NCBI GenBank assembly: GCA_963550405.1
Contig: CAUVBV010000003.1
Location: 35,335-99,334 of the forward strand
Length of the DNA stretch: 64,000 nt
DNA from: an uncultured Atopobium sp.
GTDB taxonomy: Bacteria > Actinomycetota > Coriobacteriia > Coriobacteriales > Atopobiaceae
Reading direction: 5' to 3'
Shown here: piece after piece, positions 20,583 through 30,300 of the stretch
How positions within the stretch are numbered: position 1 is the first letter of the stretch
Layout of the letters: the number at the start of each line of letters is the position of its first letter
Translations under genes and position numbers: made by a program
Notes under the pieces: generated by a model
The model's input: only the letters and a program-made list of their open reading frames with translations
Database searches by the model: none
What the model was told of the DNA's origin: nothing

Positions 20583-20815
20583 GCGAGAAAAGACAAGGTT
20601 CTTTTCTCGCAAACTTGTTCCTAGGTGCTATTCGTTTCTATCAAAGAAACATCTCTCCCCTTTTTAAGCCGCACTGTATCTACAGACCTACTTGCTCTGA
20701 ATATGCAGTTCAAGCTATACAAAAGTATGGTGTTAAAAAGGGAAGTTGGCTTGCTCTTAAGCGTATTGCTCGCTGCCACCCTTTTCATAAGGGAGGATAC
20801 GATCCCGTTCCGTAA
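20579..20815 (+). CDS. yidD: Membrane protein insertion efficiency factor YidD
   Basis: ..[61 protein letters not shown] is the canonical YidD sequence. It overlaps rnpA by 4 nt. Confidence 0.92.
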   Translation: MSEKRQGSFLANLFLGAIRFYQRNISPLFKPHCIYRPTCSEYAVQAIQKYGVKKGSWLALKRIARCHPFHKGGYDPVP

Positions 20816-20835
20816 AGGAACGCACCGGAGGAAAT

Positions 20836-21594
20836 ATGTGGGATTGGATTGTTAACTTTCTATACACAGTCTTAGCGGGACTTCAATCATTCTCGGGAGA
20901 CTGGGGTATGGCAGTTATCCTGCTTACCATCATCATCCGTATTATCCTGGTTCCAATGACCAACAAGCAGACGGCCTCTATGGCTCGTATGAGTGTTGTT
21001 CAGCCTAAGCTCAAAGAAATCCAGGAGCGCTATGCCGATGATCCTGTAAGGCAGAATGAAGAGATGCGTAAACTTTACGCAGAGATCAACTTCAATCCTC
21101 TTGGTGGTTGTCTACCACTGCTTTTACAGTCCCCTATCTTTATTGCACTCTTTACCGTTGCAAAGATGGTTCCAGTAGACTCCCGCTTCTACAACATTCT
21201 TCCTTCTATTGCGCGTGCAACATCCGACATTTTTGCTGTAGATGGCTTTGTTACCGCTATCCCTTACATGATTTTTGTTCTTTTGTTTGGCCTTACTACC
21301 TTCCTTTCCATGGCAGTAAACGCTCGTACAAGCTCCGGTGAGCAGCGTACCCAGCAGTACATGATGGGCGGCATGATGACCCTCATGATGCTCTGGTTTG
21401 GTTGGACTGTGCCAGCAGCCGTTCTTCTCTACTACGTAACTTCTGGTATTTGGCAGCTTGCCCAGCAGCAGCTTATTACCAAGCGCATTATGGAAAAAGA
21501 GAAGCTCAAGGCACAGGCTCAAATGGCTAATAAGCCAATCGAGGTAGACGTGGTTAGAAAAGAAAAGAAGCCACGCCCTCACAAAAAGGCCTAA
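20836..21594 (+). CDS. yidC: Membrane protein insertase YidC (short Gram-positive form)
   Basis: 252 aa with 5 TM segments, ..AVILLTIIIRIILVPMTNKQ.. and a basic C-terminal tail. Confidence 0.9.
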   Translation: MWDWIVNFLYTVLAGLQSFSGDWGMAVILLTIIIRIILVPMTNKQTASMARMSVVQPKLKEIQERYADDPVRQNEEMRKLYAEINFNPLGGCLPLLLQSPIFIALFTVAKMVPVDSRFYNILPSIARATSDIFAVDGFVTAIPYMIFVLLFGLTTFLSMAVNARTSSGEQRTQQYMMGGMMTLMMLWFGWTVPAAVLLYYVTSGIWQLAQQQLITKRIMEKEKLKAQAQMANKPIEVDVVRKEKKPRPHKKA

Positions 21595-21682
21595 GAGCTG
21601 GTGTTAAGCAAAACAACTTTTGTTTACAGAATTTGTTACAGTAGATTACTAGTTAAACTTTTTATATTGACTGGAGGACGAC

Positions 21683-22267
21683 ATGGAGGATGAGACTTTC
21701 GTTTCTGAGCCAAACGCTCTTAATGAGTCTCCTGTCGTTGATTCACAAGACGAGTTTGCTTCAATTCGAGAGCACTTTGAAGCTGGAATTCAGCTTACTG
21801 ATGCTGAGATGAATAAGATTGCTGATACTGCTGTCTTCTATCTAAGAGAGCTTCTCTCGTTCTTTGGCGAGAATAGCTGTGCAATTGATGAGTACGACGG
21901 TGAAGACGGTGAACTCATTCTTGATGTAACCGGTGGAGATCTTGCAATTCTTATTGGTCGTCACGGCAATACGCTTGAGGCTCTTCAGATGGTTCTCTCT
22001 TCTCTTATGAGCGCTAAGCTTCACTTCCACTATCCAGTATCTGTTGATGTTGAAAGCTACAAGAGTCGCCGCCGCAATAAACTTCAGGAGATGGCACTCT
22101 CTGCTGCTGCTCGCGCTAAGAAGACTGGTAAGGTTTCTCTTGCTCCAATGAGTGGTTATGAGCGTCGTATCATTCACATTGCACTTCGAGATAATCTTGA
22201 AGTTACAACACACTCTGAGGGCGATGATCCATACCGTCGCGTTGTGGTTACAGCCATTAACAGCTAA
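21683..22267 (+). CDS. jag: Jag/KhpB RNA-binding protein (KH + R3H domains)
   Basis: The C-terminal R3H motif is ..YERRIIHIALRDN..VTTHSEGDDPYRRVVV. It occupies the conserved position after yidC. Confidence 0.85.
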   Translation: MEDETFVSEPNALNESPVVDSQDEFASIREHFEAGIQLTDAEMNKIADTAVFYLRELLSFFGENSCAIDEYDGEDGELILDVTGGDLAILIGRHGNTLEALQMVLSSLMSAKLHFHYPVSVDVESYKSRRRNKLQEMALSAAARAKKTGKVSLAPMSGYERRIIHIALRDNLEVTTHSEGDDPYRRVVVTAINS

Positions 22268-22296
22268 GAATTCTCAACAAGCTTTACTAATTTGAT

Positions 22297-22325
22297 GAGG
22301 AAGGTTTACGCCTTCCTCTTTTTTT
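22297..22325 (+). terminator. Rho-independent terminator after jag
   Basis: GAGGAAGG-tttacg-CCTTCCTC, followed by TTTTTTT. Confidence 0.65.
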
Positions 22326-22370
22326 GTGACAATTCTTCTTGTAACAAGAAGTTTTGTCACAGGAGAAGCA

Positions 22371-23129
22371 ATGTCTGAATCAGAGAAGTCGTTATACGAT
22401 TCAAAAGAGAATGTACTTAAGGAACTTCTCCTTACCTATGGAATCGATTCAACTGAGACCCAAAGAAGACAACTTCTCAAGCACATTGAGTTGCTAATCG
22501 AGATTAATAAAAATCTCAACCTCACAAGAATCACTTCAATTGACGATGCATTGGTTCTTCATATACTTGATTCTTTATTACCACTCAAAGTGTGTAATGA
22601 GTTTACATCTGGAGCTCAAAACTATATTGATATTGGTACCGGTGGAGGTTTTCCAGGACTGCCTCTCGCAATCATGAGCGATAACAAAACATTGCTGGTT
22701 GATTCTATTGGAAAAAAGATCAATGCCGTACAGTCAATGATTGATGAGATTGGTCTTGGTGAGAGAGTAAGAGCTGAAAAGCTTCGTGCTGAAGAAATTC
22801 CAAACGACTATAAACAGAAGTTTGATTTTGTTACTTTCAGAGCCGTTGCAAAGACAAATATTCTTTTGGAGTATGCAGAGCCTTTCTTAGCTCCACAAGG
22901 TACTCTCATAGTAATGAAGGCCAATGTCGACGAGATAGAGCTTCAGGACGCCTCTCAGGCAGCCAAAATTTTTGGGTACGAAAATGTTTCACGTGAAACA
23001 TTTGAATTACCACACGATCTTGGTCATCGTGAAATTCTTATTTATAAAAAAGTTTCAAAAAGCAAAATTAAACTACCAAGAAAAACTGGAATGGCAAAAT
23101 CTAATCCGTTTGTTGCAAGAAGAGATTAA
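22371..23129 (+). CDS. rsmG: 16S rRNA (guanine527-N7)-methyltransferase RsmG (GidB)
   Basis: SAM motif IDIGTGGGFPGLPLAI. The track ORF starts at 22326, but ATG 22371 has the SD AGGAGA. It occupies the conserved position before parA. Confidence 0.9.
   Translation: MSESEKSLYDSKENVLKELLLTYGIDSTETQRRQLLKHIELLIEINKNLNLTRITSIDDALVLHILDSLLPLKVCNEFTSGAQNYIDIGTGGGFPGLPLAIMSDNKTLLVDSIGKKINAVQSMIDEIGLGERVRAEKLRAEEIPNDYKQKFDFVTFRAVAKTNILLEYAEPFLAPQGTLIVMKANVDEIELQDASQAAKIFGYENVSRETFELPHDLGHREILIYKKVSKSKIKLPRKTGMAKSNPFVARRD
22985..23000. promoter_or_regulatory. parS centromere site (perfect consensus TGTTTCACGTGAAACA), inside the rsmG 3' end
   Basis: Exact 16-bp palindrome read in the sequence. It is identical to the canonical Gram-positive/actinobacterial parS. 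Confidence 0.9.
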
Positions 23130-23137
23130 TTGTGGAA

Positions 23138-23153
23138 TGTTTCACGTGAAACA
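23138..23153. promoter_or_regulatory. parS centromere site (perfect consensus) in the rsmG-parA spacer
   Basis: A second exact TGTTTCACGTGAAACA, 153 bp from the first. Confidence 0.9.
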
Positions 23154-23192
23154 TTCTGTATTATTAAATAAACTTGGTCAAACGGAGGATAA

Positions 23193-23993
23193 ATGAGCTA
23201 CAAAGACCTTTCGAGGGGATTTCAAGATAGAGATTCTAAAGTACTTGCTGTAATTAATCAAAAAGGCGGAGTTGGAAAATCAACTACCGTAATTAATCTC
23301 GCAGCAGCGCTAGGAGAAACAAAAAAGAAAGTATTAATTGTCGATTTTGATCCACAAGGTAATGCAACAAGTGGATTTGGAATTGATAAAGAGGAACTTG
23401 AAGCCGACATCTATGATGTAATCCTCAACGAAACACCGCTTGAAGACGTATTACAACAAACAGTTCAAAAGTACGTGACTATTGCTCCTGCTACCATTCA
23501 ACTTGCTGGTGCAGAAATTGAACTGGTCTCCGTGGAATCAAGAGAAAACATATTAAAGCAGGCAATTGACCAGGTTAAAGACTATTTTGACTACATTTTG
23601 ATTGATTGCCCACCATCACTAGGTCTTTTAACAATTAATGCTTTAGTCGCAGCAAACAGCATTCTTATCCCAATTCAGTGCGAATATTATGCACTAGAGG
23701 GCGTAACTAAGATCGTTGAATCAATGAAGATGGTTCAAAAACAGCTCAATCCGGATCTTGATATCTTTGGTGTAGTAATGACCATGTTTGATAGCAGAAC
23801 TTCCCTATCTAAGCAGGTTGTAACTGAGGTTTCAAATTACTTTGGTAACAAAGTATTTAAGACGCTTATTCCAAGAAATGTCAAAATCGCAGAAGCACCA
23901 AGTCATGGTTTGCCAGTAACCATGTATGCACGAATAAGTATGGGCGCACTTGCCTATAACAAACTTGCAAAGGAAGTGAATCGTCGTGGTTAA
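23193..23993 (+). CDS. parA: Chromosome partitioning ATPase ParA/Soj
   Basis: Deviant Walker A KGGVGKST, followed by ..IDCPPSLG.. Confidence 0.95.
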   Translation: MSYKDLSRGFQDRDSKVLAVINQKGGVGKSTTVINLAAALGETKKKVLIVDFDPQGNATSGFGIDKEELEADIYDVILNETPLEDVLQQTVQKYVTIAPATIQLAGAEIELVSVESRENILKQAIDQVKDYFDYILIDCPPSLGLLTINALVAANSILIPIQCEYYALEGVTKIVESMKMVQKQLNPDLDIFGVVMTMFDSRTSLSKQVVTEVSNYFGNKVFKTLIPRNVKIAEAPSHGLPVTMYARISMGALAYNKLAKEVNRRG

Positions 23994-24846
23994 AAAATCA
24001 GGACTTGGTAAAGGCCTTAATTCGCTCTTTAGCGAGGTAGATGCAGAGGTCGGTAATAAAAAAGAAGCTACTACACTTCCACTAAAGAAGATTAAGCCAA
24101 ATAAAGATCAGCCTCGTAAGCGTTTTGATGAAGCTGAACTTGCTGAACTCAGTGATTCTATTAAGCAAAACGGAATTCTCCAGCCACTTCTTGTTCGCGA
24201 GAAGGGCGATCACTATGAGATTGTTGCTGGCGAGAGACGCTTCCAGGCTGCAAAACTTGCACAATTAGAGGAAGTTCCTGTAGTAATTAAGGCAATTTCC
24301 GATGAGGAAGTATTTAAACTAGCTCTGATTGAAAATCTGCAAAGATCTGACTTAAGCCCAATTGAAGAAGCTCAAGGTTACAAGCAGCTAATCAAACAAG
24401 AGAACTTAACCCAAGACGACTTAGCCAAGGTTTTGTCCAAGTCTAGGTCTGCAATTACAAATACTCTTCGTCTACTGGACCTTCCAACAGAAGTTCAAAC
24501 TTTGATGGCGGAGGGACGTATTAGTGCTGGACATGCTCGAGCAATTCTTTCTGTAAGTGGAAAAGAAGGAAGAATTAAGCTTGCCCAGAAAGTAGTTGAA
24601 GAGAACTTGTCGGTTCGTCAGACAGAAAATCTTGCTCCACTATTTTCTGTCACAAATGTTGAGAAACCAAAAAGACAGCCAACCCCACAGGCATATAAGC
24701 GCGCAGCAAGACAATTAAGGATTGCTCTGGATACCCCAGTTAAAGTACGAAATGTCCGTGGCAAGAATAAGATCGAAATCGAATTCAATGACGAGGATGA
24801 ACTTGCTGCTCTAGTGGAAAAACTCTCAAACGTTAAAGAAGCATAA
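23986..24846 (+). CDS. parB: Chromosome partitioning protein ParB/Spo0J
   Basis: ParB box GERRFQAAK (the CTP-binding GERR motif) and HTH region ..QDDLAKVLSKSRSAITNTLRLL.. It overlaps parA by 8 nt. Confidence 0.95.
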   Translation: MVKKSGLGKGLNSLFSEVDAEVGNKKEATTLPLKKIKPNKDQPRKRFDEAELAELSDSIKQNGILQPLLVREKGDHYEIVAGERRFQAAKLAQLEEVPVVIKAISDEEVFKLALIENLQRSDLSPIEEAQGYKQLIKQENLTQDDLAKVLSKSRSAITNTLRLLDLPTEVQTLMAEGRISAGHARAILSVSGKEGRIKLAQKVVEENLSVRQTENLAPLFSVTNVEKPKRQPTPQAYKRAARQLRIALDTPVKVRNVRGKNKIEIEFNDEDELAALVEKLSNVKEA

Positions 24847-25085
24847 TGAAGATAAAGTTTGCAATTATATCCAGTGTCTCATTACTAGGAATAGCTTTTC
24901 TCGCTAAACATGCTCTGTTGACTAAAGAGGCACAGAGAAGTTTTCTTCACGCGATGAGAAGATCGAGAAGAGCCCTCGATGCAATTCTTGATGACTATTC
25001 AGGTAGTGGTAATAGGAAAAGTGCGAAAAACATTCTTTCTCATCAAGCGAGAGTAGAAAAAGAATGGCTAAAAGCAATTCAGTAG
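24846..25085 (+). CDS. Small membrane-anchored hypothetical protein, translationally coupled to parB
   Basis: 79 aa with one N-terminal TM (IKFAIISSVSLLGIAFLAKHALL) and then a charged helical tail. The ATG overlaps the parB TAA (TAATG). Confidence 0.45.
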   Translation: MKIKFAIISSVSLLGIAFLAKHALLTKEAQRSFLHAMRRSRRALDAILDDYSGSGNRKSAKNILSHQARVEKEWLKAIQ

Positions 25086-25115
25086 AACAAATGTTCTACT
25101 TATGAACTAAAAGGA

Positions 25116-25146
25116 AAGGGGTCCCTGAGGGCCCCTTCTTTGCTTT
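25116..25146. terminator. Bidirectional terminator between the parB-operon end and rlmN
   Basis: AAGGGGTCCC-tga-GGGCCCCTT stem, with A-rich sequence on the left and T-rich sequence on the right. Confidence 0.6.
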
Positions 25147-25205
25147 AAAAGCATGATAAGTTTTATGTAGGAACTATCTATATGAGCGCTGTCTATATAA
25201 GCGCT

Positions 25206-26324
25206 TTAGCGTGCGTTTCTTTTCTGGAAGAGCTGTCCACAAGCAGCATCAATGTCAGATCCACGAGAAAGACGGATGGTTGCTTCAACGCCAACAGAGT
25301 TGAGGCTGTTTACAAACTCCTGTGCGCGGGCAGGGGATGTTGGATGGAACTTAGAACCCTCAATCTCGTTAAGCTGAATGATGTTAACGTGGCAGAGCGT
25401 TCCTCGACAGAAGTCCCTGAGGGCACCAAGCTCATTGTCGGAATCGTTAACACCCTTAATCAGCGCATATTCGTACGTTGGACGTCGACCGGTCTTATCG
25501 ACATACTCTCCCATGATGTCGTACAGGTGGATGAGCGAGTACTTACGTACTACCGGCATAAGAGAATCGCGTGTCTTTTGAACTGCGGAGTGAAGCGAAA
25601 CGGCAAGCGTAAATTGCTCTGGTTCAGAAGCAAAACGCTTAATCATAGGTATAACACCGCAGGTAGATACCGTGATATGACGCGCACCAATGCCGGCTCC
25701 GTCAGGGGAGTTGAGACGTCTCATAGCCGCGAGAGTAGCGTCGTAGTTCATGAAGGGCTCGCCTTGGCCCATGAGAACAACGCTGGTAACGCGCGCGTCA
25801 AAATCGTCGCGGACGTGCATAACCTGCTCATAAATCTCGCTCGCAGAAAGAGAGCGCGTGAGACCAGCAGCGCCTGTTGCACAGAAAGCACAGCCCATGG
25901 CACAGCCCGCCTGCGTGGAAGCGCAGACTGAGAGCTTGTTGCCGCTTGGCATACCAACGCACTCAACAGAGGTGTCATCAGGGTAGCGAAGCAGGTATTT
26001 ACGGCTTCCATCTTCAGAAACCTGACGAACAATCTGCTCAGCACCAGCAAGAGTTACCTGCTTAGACAGTTCTTCTCGCAATGTTTTTGGAAGATTGCTC
26101 ATCTGATCAAAAGAGGTGGCACCTTTAGACCAAATCCACTCCTCAATCTGTTTAGCGCGGAATTTTGGCTGGCCGAGTGAAGTAACCAGCTCAAGAATTT
26201 GTTCTGATGAAAGACTTCTGAGGTCAGATTTAGCGGCAGCTTTCTGTGGGCGAGAATCGGGTGCGGAAGTGTTTGCACCGTCAACCGTGGTGTTTGTGCC
26301 GTCAAGAGTATTATTTGATTGCAT
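25206..26324 (-). CDS. rlmN: 23S rRNA/tRNA (adenine-C2)-methyltransferase RlmN (radical SAM)
   Basis: Radical-SAM cluster motif CAMGCAFCATG, plus ..GMGEP-like MGQGEPFMNYD and C-terminal ..DIDAACGQL. Confidence 0.95.
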   Translation of the reverse strand: MQSNNTLDGTNTTVDGANTSAPDSRPQKAAAKSDLRSLSSEQILELVTSLGQPKFRAKQIEEWIWSKGATSFDQMSNLPKTLREELSKQVTLAGAEQIVRQVSEDGSRKYLLRYPDDTSVECVGMPSGNKLSVCASTQAGCAMGCAFCATGAAGLTRSLSASEIYEQVMHVRDDFDARVTSVVLMGQGEPFMNYDATLAAMRRLNSPDGAGIGARHITVSTCGVIPMIKRFASEPEQFTLAVSLHSAVQKTRDSLMPVVRKYSLIHLYDIMGEYVDKTGRRPTYEYALIKGVNDSDNELGALRDFCRGTLCHVNIIQLNEIEGSKFHPTSPARAQEFVNSLNSVGVEATIRLSRGSDIDAACGQLFQKRNAR

Positions 26325-26423
26325 TTTTGTCCTTCTCCAACTCTTCTAAGCTATCTGCGGTATCTTAGAAGAAATACGTTTACTAGAGTTTACCCTATGG
26401 GAGACTTATCTGAAGGAGCGGAA

Positions 26424-27383
26424 ATGACACGTGAAGAGCTCAAAAAGCTTCATGTAGCAGTTGTTTCAGGCGGTTGGTCAGACGAGCACGAGATTGCTAT
26501 GGAGTCTGGTAAGCAGTGTGCAGCAGCACTTAAAGAGGCTGGCTTTACCAGTGTTGACCTGCTTGATGTTGCAGAAAAAGACTTTGTAGTTACCCTTGCT
26601 CAGGGTGGTTATGATGTCGTATACGTTGCTATGCACGGTCGTTTTGGCGAGGATGGCTGCATCCAGGGTCTTCTCGAGATTCTGCACATTCCTTACACGT
26701 TTTCTGGCGTTCTTGCGTCTGCTATGGGAACTGAAAAAGAGCTGTCAAAGCTTATGTATAGGCAGGCAGGAGTTCCAACGCCTAAGGGAATTGACGTTCC
26801 TGCAGGTACCGTCTTTACAGATGAGCAGGTAGACAAGCTTATCGAGGACCTCGGCCTCCCTATGTTTGTAAAGCCTTCTGGCAACGGTTCAAGTTATGGC
26901 GTCACACGCGTCACTTCGCGAGAAGAGCTTCCCGCTGCACTAGAACTTGCCGGTGAACAGGGTGAGCGCATTCTGATTGAAGAGAGCATAGCGGGAACAG
27001 AGATTACCGTTCCTGTTATTGGTAATGAGAACCCAACTGCTCTCCCAATCGTTGAGATTGTTACTGGCGATGAGTTCTACAGCATTAAGACAAAATATGA
27101 GCCCGCATCCATGCACCACGTAATTCCTGCTCGTCTTGAGCCTGCGGTGTACGCACGCGCTCAGGAGCTGGCAATTAAGGCTCACAATGCACTTGGTTGC
27201 CGTGGCGTTTCTCGTAGTGACTTTATTGTTACGGAGGACGGCGTTCCAGTGGTGCTTGAGACAAATACCATTCCTGGTATGACCGCACGTTCTTTGCTGC
27301 CTGATTCTGCACGTACCGGCGGCATTGATTTCCCTGAGCTCTGCACTCGCTTTATTGAGTTTGCACTTGAGGATCGCCAGTAG
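26424..27383 (+). CDS. ddl: D-alanine--D-alanine ligase
   Basis: ..VAVVSGGWSDEHEIAMESGK.. followed by ATP-grasp motifs (FVKPSGNGSSYGV, ILIEESIAGTEITV, VLETNTIPGMT). The track ORF starts at 26319, but ATG 26424 has the SD GAAGGAG. Confidence 0.93.
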   Translation: MTREELKKLHVAVVSGGWSDEHEIAMESGKQCAAALKEAGFTSVDLLDVAEKDFVVTLAQGGYDVVYVAMHGRFGEDGCIQGLLEILHIPYTFSGVLASAMGTEKELSKLMYRQAGVPTPKGIDVPAGTVFTDEQVDKLIEDLGLPMFVKPSGNGSSYGVTRVTSREELPAALELAGEQGERILIEESIAGTEITVPVIGNENPTALPIVEIVTGDEFYSIKTKYEPASMHHVIPARLEPAVYARAQELAIKAHNALGCRGVSRSDFIVTEDGVPVVLETNTIPGMTARSLLPDSARTGGIDFPELCTRFIEFALEDRQ

Positions 27384-27394
27384 ATTTGTAGGTT

Positions 27395-30300
27395 ATGACC
27401 AGCACTGAAAGCGCTACACAAAAACTAGAAGAACTCATTCTTCCAGGTACCCCCTCTGCGGTTTGCAAGAAGTATTTAAAACTTGCAGAGAGGGCGGAGC
27501 ATGAGTCATTTGATGTCTTAGAGGACGACATTGTTGTTTTGGATACCGAGACAACAGGCCTGTCCTTTAAGAAATGCTCCCTTATTGAGATTTCTGCTGC
27601 TAAATTGAGCGGTAGAGAGATTGTGGAGCGCTTTCAGACTTTTGTTGACCCAGGGTGTCCAATTCCAGAAGAAATTACGGCCCTCACTTCAATCACCGAT
27701 GAAGACGTTAAGGGCGCACCAAGTGCAAAGGAAGCTGTTGCTGCTCTTGCAGAATTTGTTGGCGGTCTCCCGGTTTTGGCACACAACGCCACCTTTGACC
27801 GTACGTTTATTGAGCGTGTACCTGGTGGAACTTCTGTCTCTGACACCTGGATTGATACGCTGTCGCTCTCACGCATAGCGCTACCTCGACTTTCTTCACA
27901 CAAGCTTTCCAGCATGGCTGAAGCGTTTGGCACCATGAAGGTTACGCACCGCGCAAGTGACGACGTAGACGCTCTTTGCGGCATGTGGCGCATCTTGCTT
28001 TTGGGACTTATGAATCTGCCCCGCGGTCTTCTCGCCAAACTGGCGTCAATGCACGACGGAGTGGAGTGGACGTTTAGGCCAATCTTCTCGTATTTGTCGC
28101 AAATGAAGGAAGAAGAAGCAGTTCAGCGCGGTGTCGCAAAGAAAAATGCAACAGGTGCCGAACTTGCAGACGCGGAGATTTCGGGCACGTTCTTCTCGCT
28201 CAAGGACATTCGCTGTCAGCTTGTTGCCGACATAAAAGCAAAGGCGAGAAGGGACGCGGACGACCCAGAGACGCCTGCTATGCTGCCGATTTCTAAGGAC
28301 GAGATTCATCGGGCATTTGCTAAGCCAGGCATTGTTTCACAGATGTACGACAAATTTGAGACGCGCAGCGAACAAGTAAGCATGTCCGTTGAGGTCAGAA
28401 ATGCGCTGGTCACTTCTTCGCATAGAGAGCTTGAAGCCGGAACTGGCATTGGCAAGTCAATTGCATATCTGCTGCCTGAGGTGCTCTTTGCGCAGAAAAA
28501 TGACGTTACCGTAGGCATTGCTACAAAGACAAACGCCTTGACTGATCAGCTAGTTGCTCATGACCTTCCGGCTCTTGCACGAGCGTTGCCAAACGGATTG
28601 AGCTTCTGCAGCTTAAAAGGATACGAGCACTATCCGTGCTTGCATCGCGTTGACAGGGCTGCTCTTGAGGAACTTCCACTGACGCTGCTTGACCAGGAAG
28701 GGCGCTCGAGCAACAGCGTTGCGTCAGACATGCTGACCGCAATTGCGGTGATTTATGCCTACGCGTGCCAGTCGGCTGATGGCGATTTAGATGCGTTGGG
28801 GATTCGTTGGCGCTCGGTTCCACGAGAGATGGTAACTATCAAAGCAGCGGAGTGCCTGCGCTCTAAGTGTCCGTATTACCCTCATGAGTGCTTTGTTCAT
28901 GGAGCTCGTAAACGTGCGGGATCTTCGGATGTTGTGGTAACCAATCACTCTCTGTTGCTTAGAAACGTTGCTGCTGACGGAAAAATTCTGCCACCTATTA
29001 GACATTGGGTGATTGACGAGGCTCATGGCTTTGAGGCCGAGGCTCGCCATCAGTGGGCAGTAGAAATTTCTGCCAAAGAGATGAGAAACGGCTTTGAGCT
29101 GCTCGGAGGCATCAAGTCTGGCGCTATCCACGCCGCTATGGTGGGCGCTGCCAACCTTGAGGACTCTACGCTGCTCACGGGGCTTCTCACGCGCTCTGCC
29201 GCCGCAGTTCAGCGAGCCATGGCAGCAATGGGCAACCTTATGGCCACTGTGCATGAGCTGGCTCCGTTGGCTAAAAGTGATGGTGGTTATAACTCCCTTC
29301 AGCTTTGGATCAATGACGAGGTAAGAGAGACAGAGGAATGGAAAGAAGTCTTAGAGACCGCTTCCGTTGCTCTATCTGCTCTTGAAGAAGCTGCTCTTCG
29401 AATAGGAAAAGCCACCGATGCGCTTGTCGCATCGGCACCAAACCTTGCAAGCAACTTGAGCGATGCTGGGGTCTTCTTGAGTACCCTTCTGGATTCACTG
29501 AAGCTCATCTGTGAGGGAAAGGACAAGAGTTACGTCTATTCAGCAAAGTTGACCCGACTGAAGCGCGATATTGGTTCTGAGGCTCTTGTGGCCGAGAAGC
29601 TTGATATTGGAGCAGAGCTGGCAGAGAAGTGGCTGCCGGAGACGCATTCCGTTGTGTTTACCTCGGCGACCATTGCCGTTGGAGATGATTTCTCTCATTT
29701 TGAGCACGCTGTTGGCCTGGAAAGAGGTTCCTTTGAGCACAAGAGCCTGCACTTAGAGTCAAGCTTTGACTACGAGAACCATATGGGCGTCTTTGTGGCT
29801 GAGGATATGCCTGCGCCAACAGACCCGGGCTACTTGGACGCTCTGGAAAAGCTGCTGTACGACGTTCATGTTCAGATGGGCGGCTCGGTGCTGACGCTCT
29901 TTACTAACAGACGCGATATGGAGCGCCTCTTTGAAGCGCTAGAGCCTCGCTTGAGTGAGCGTGGCCTTAACCTTGCCTGCCAGGAGCGATCTTCTTCTGC
30001 TCGACGTGTTCGTGAAAAGTTCCTGGCCGAGAAGAACCTCTCGTTGTTTGCTCTTAAATCGTTCTGGGAAGGCTTTGACGCTGCGGGAGATACGCTGAGG
30101 TGCGTGGTAATCCCTAAGCTTCCGTTTGCAAGCCCTAATGAACCGCTGGTCAAAGAGCGTGAAGCGCGAGAAGACCGTGCGTGGTGGCGCTATTCTCTGC
30201 CAGAGGCGGTAATTGCAACCAAACAGGCTGCTGGTCGCCTTATCAGGAGTGCTGAGGACAAAGGCGTTTTGGTGCTTGCCGATTCCAGGCTTGTGTCCAA

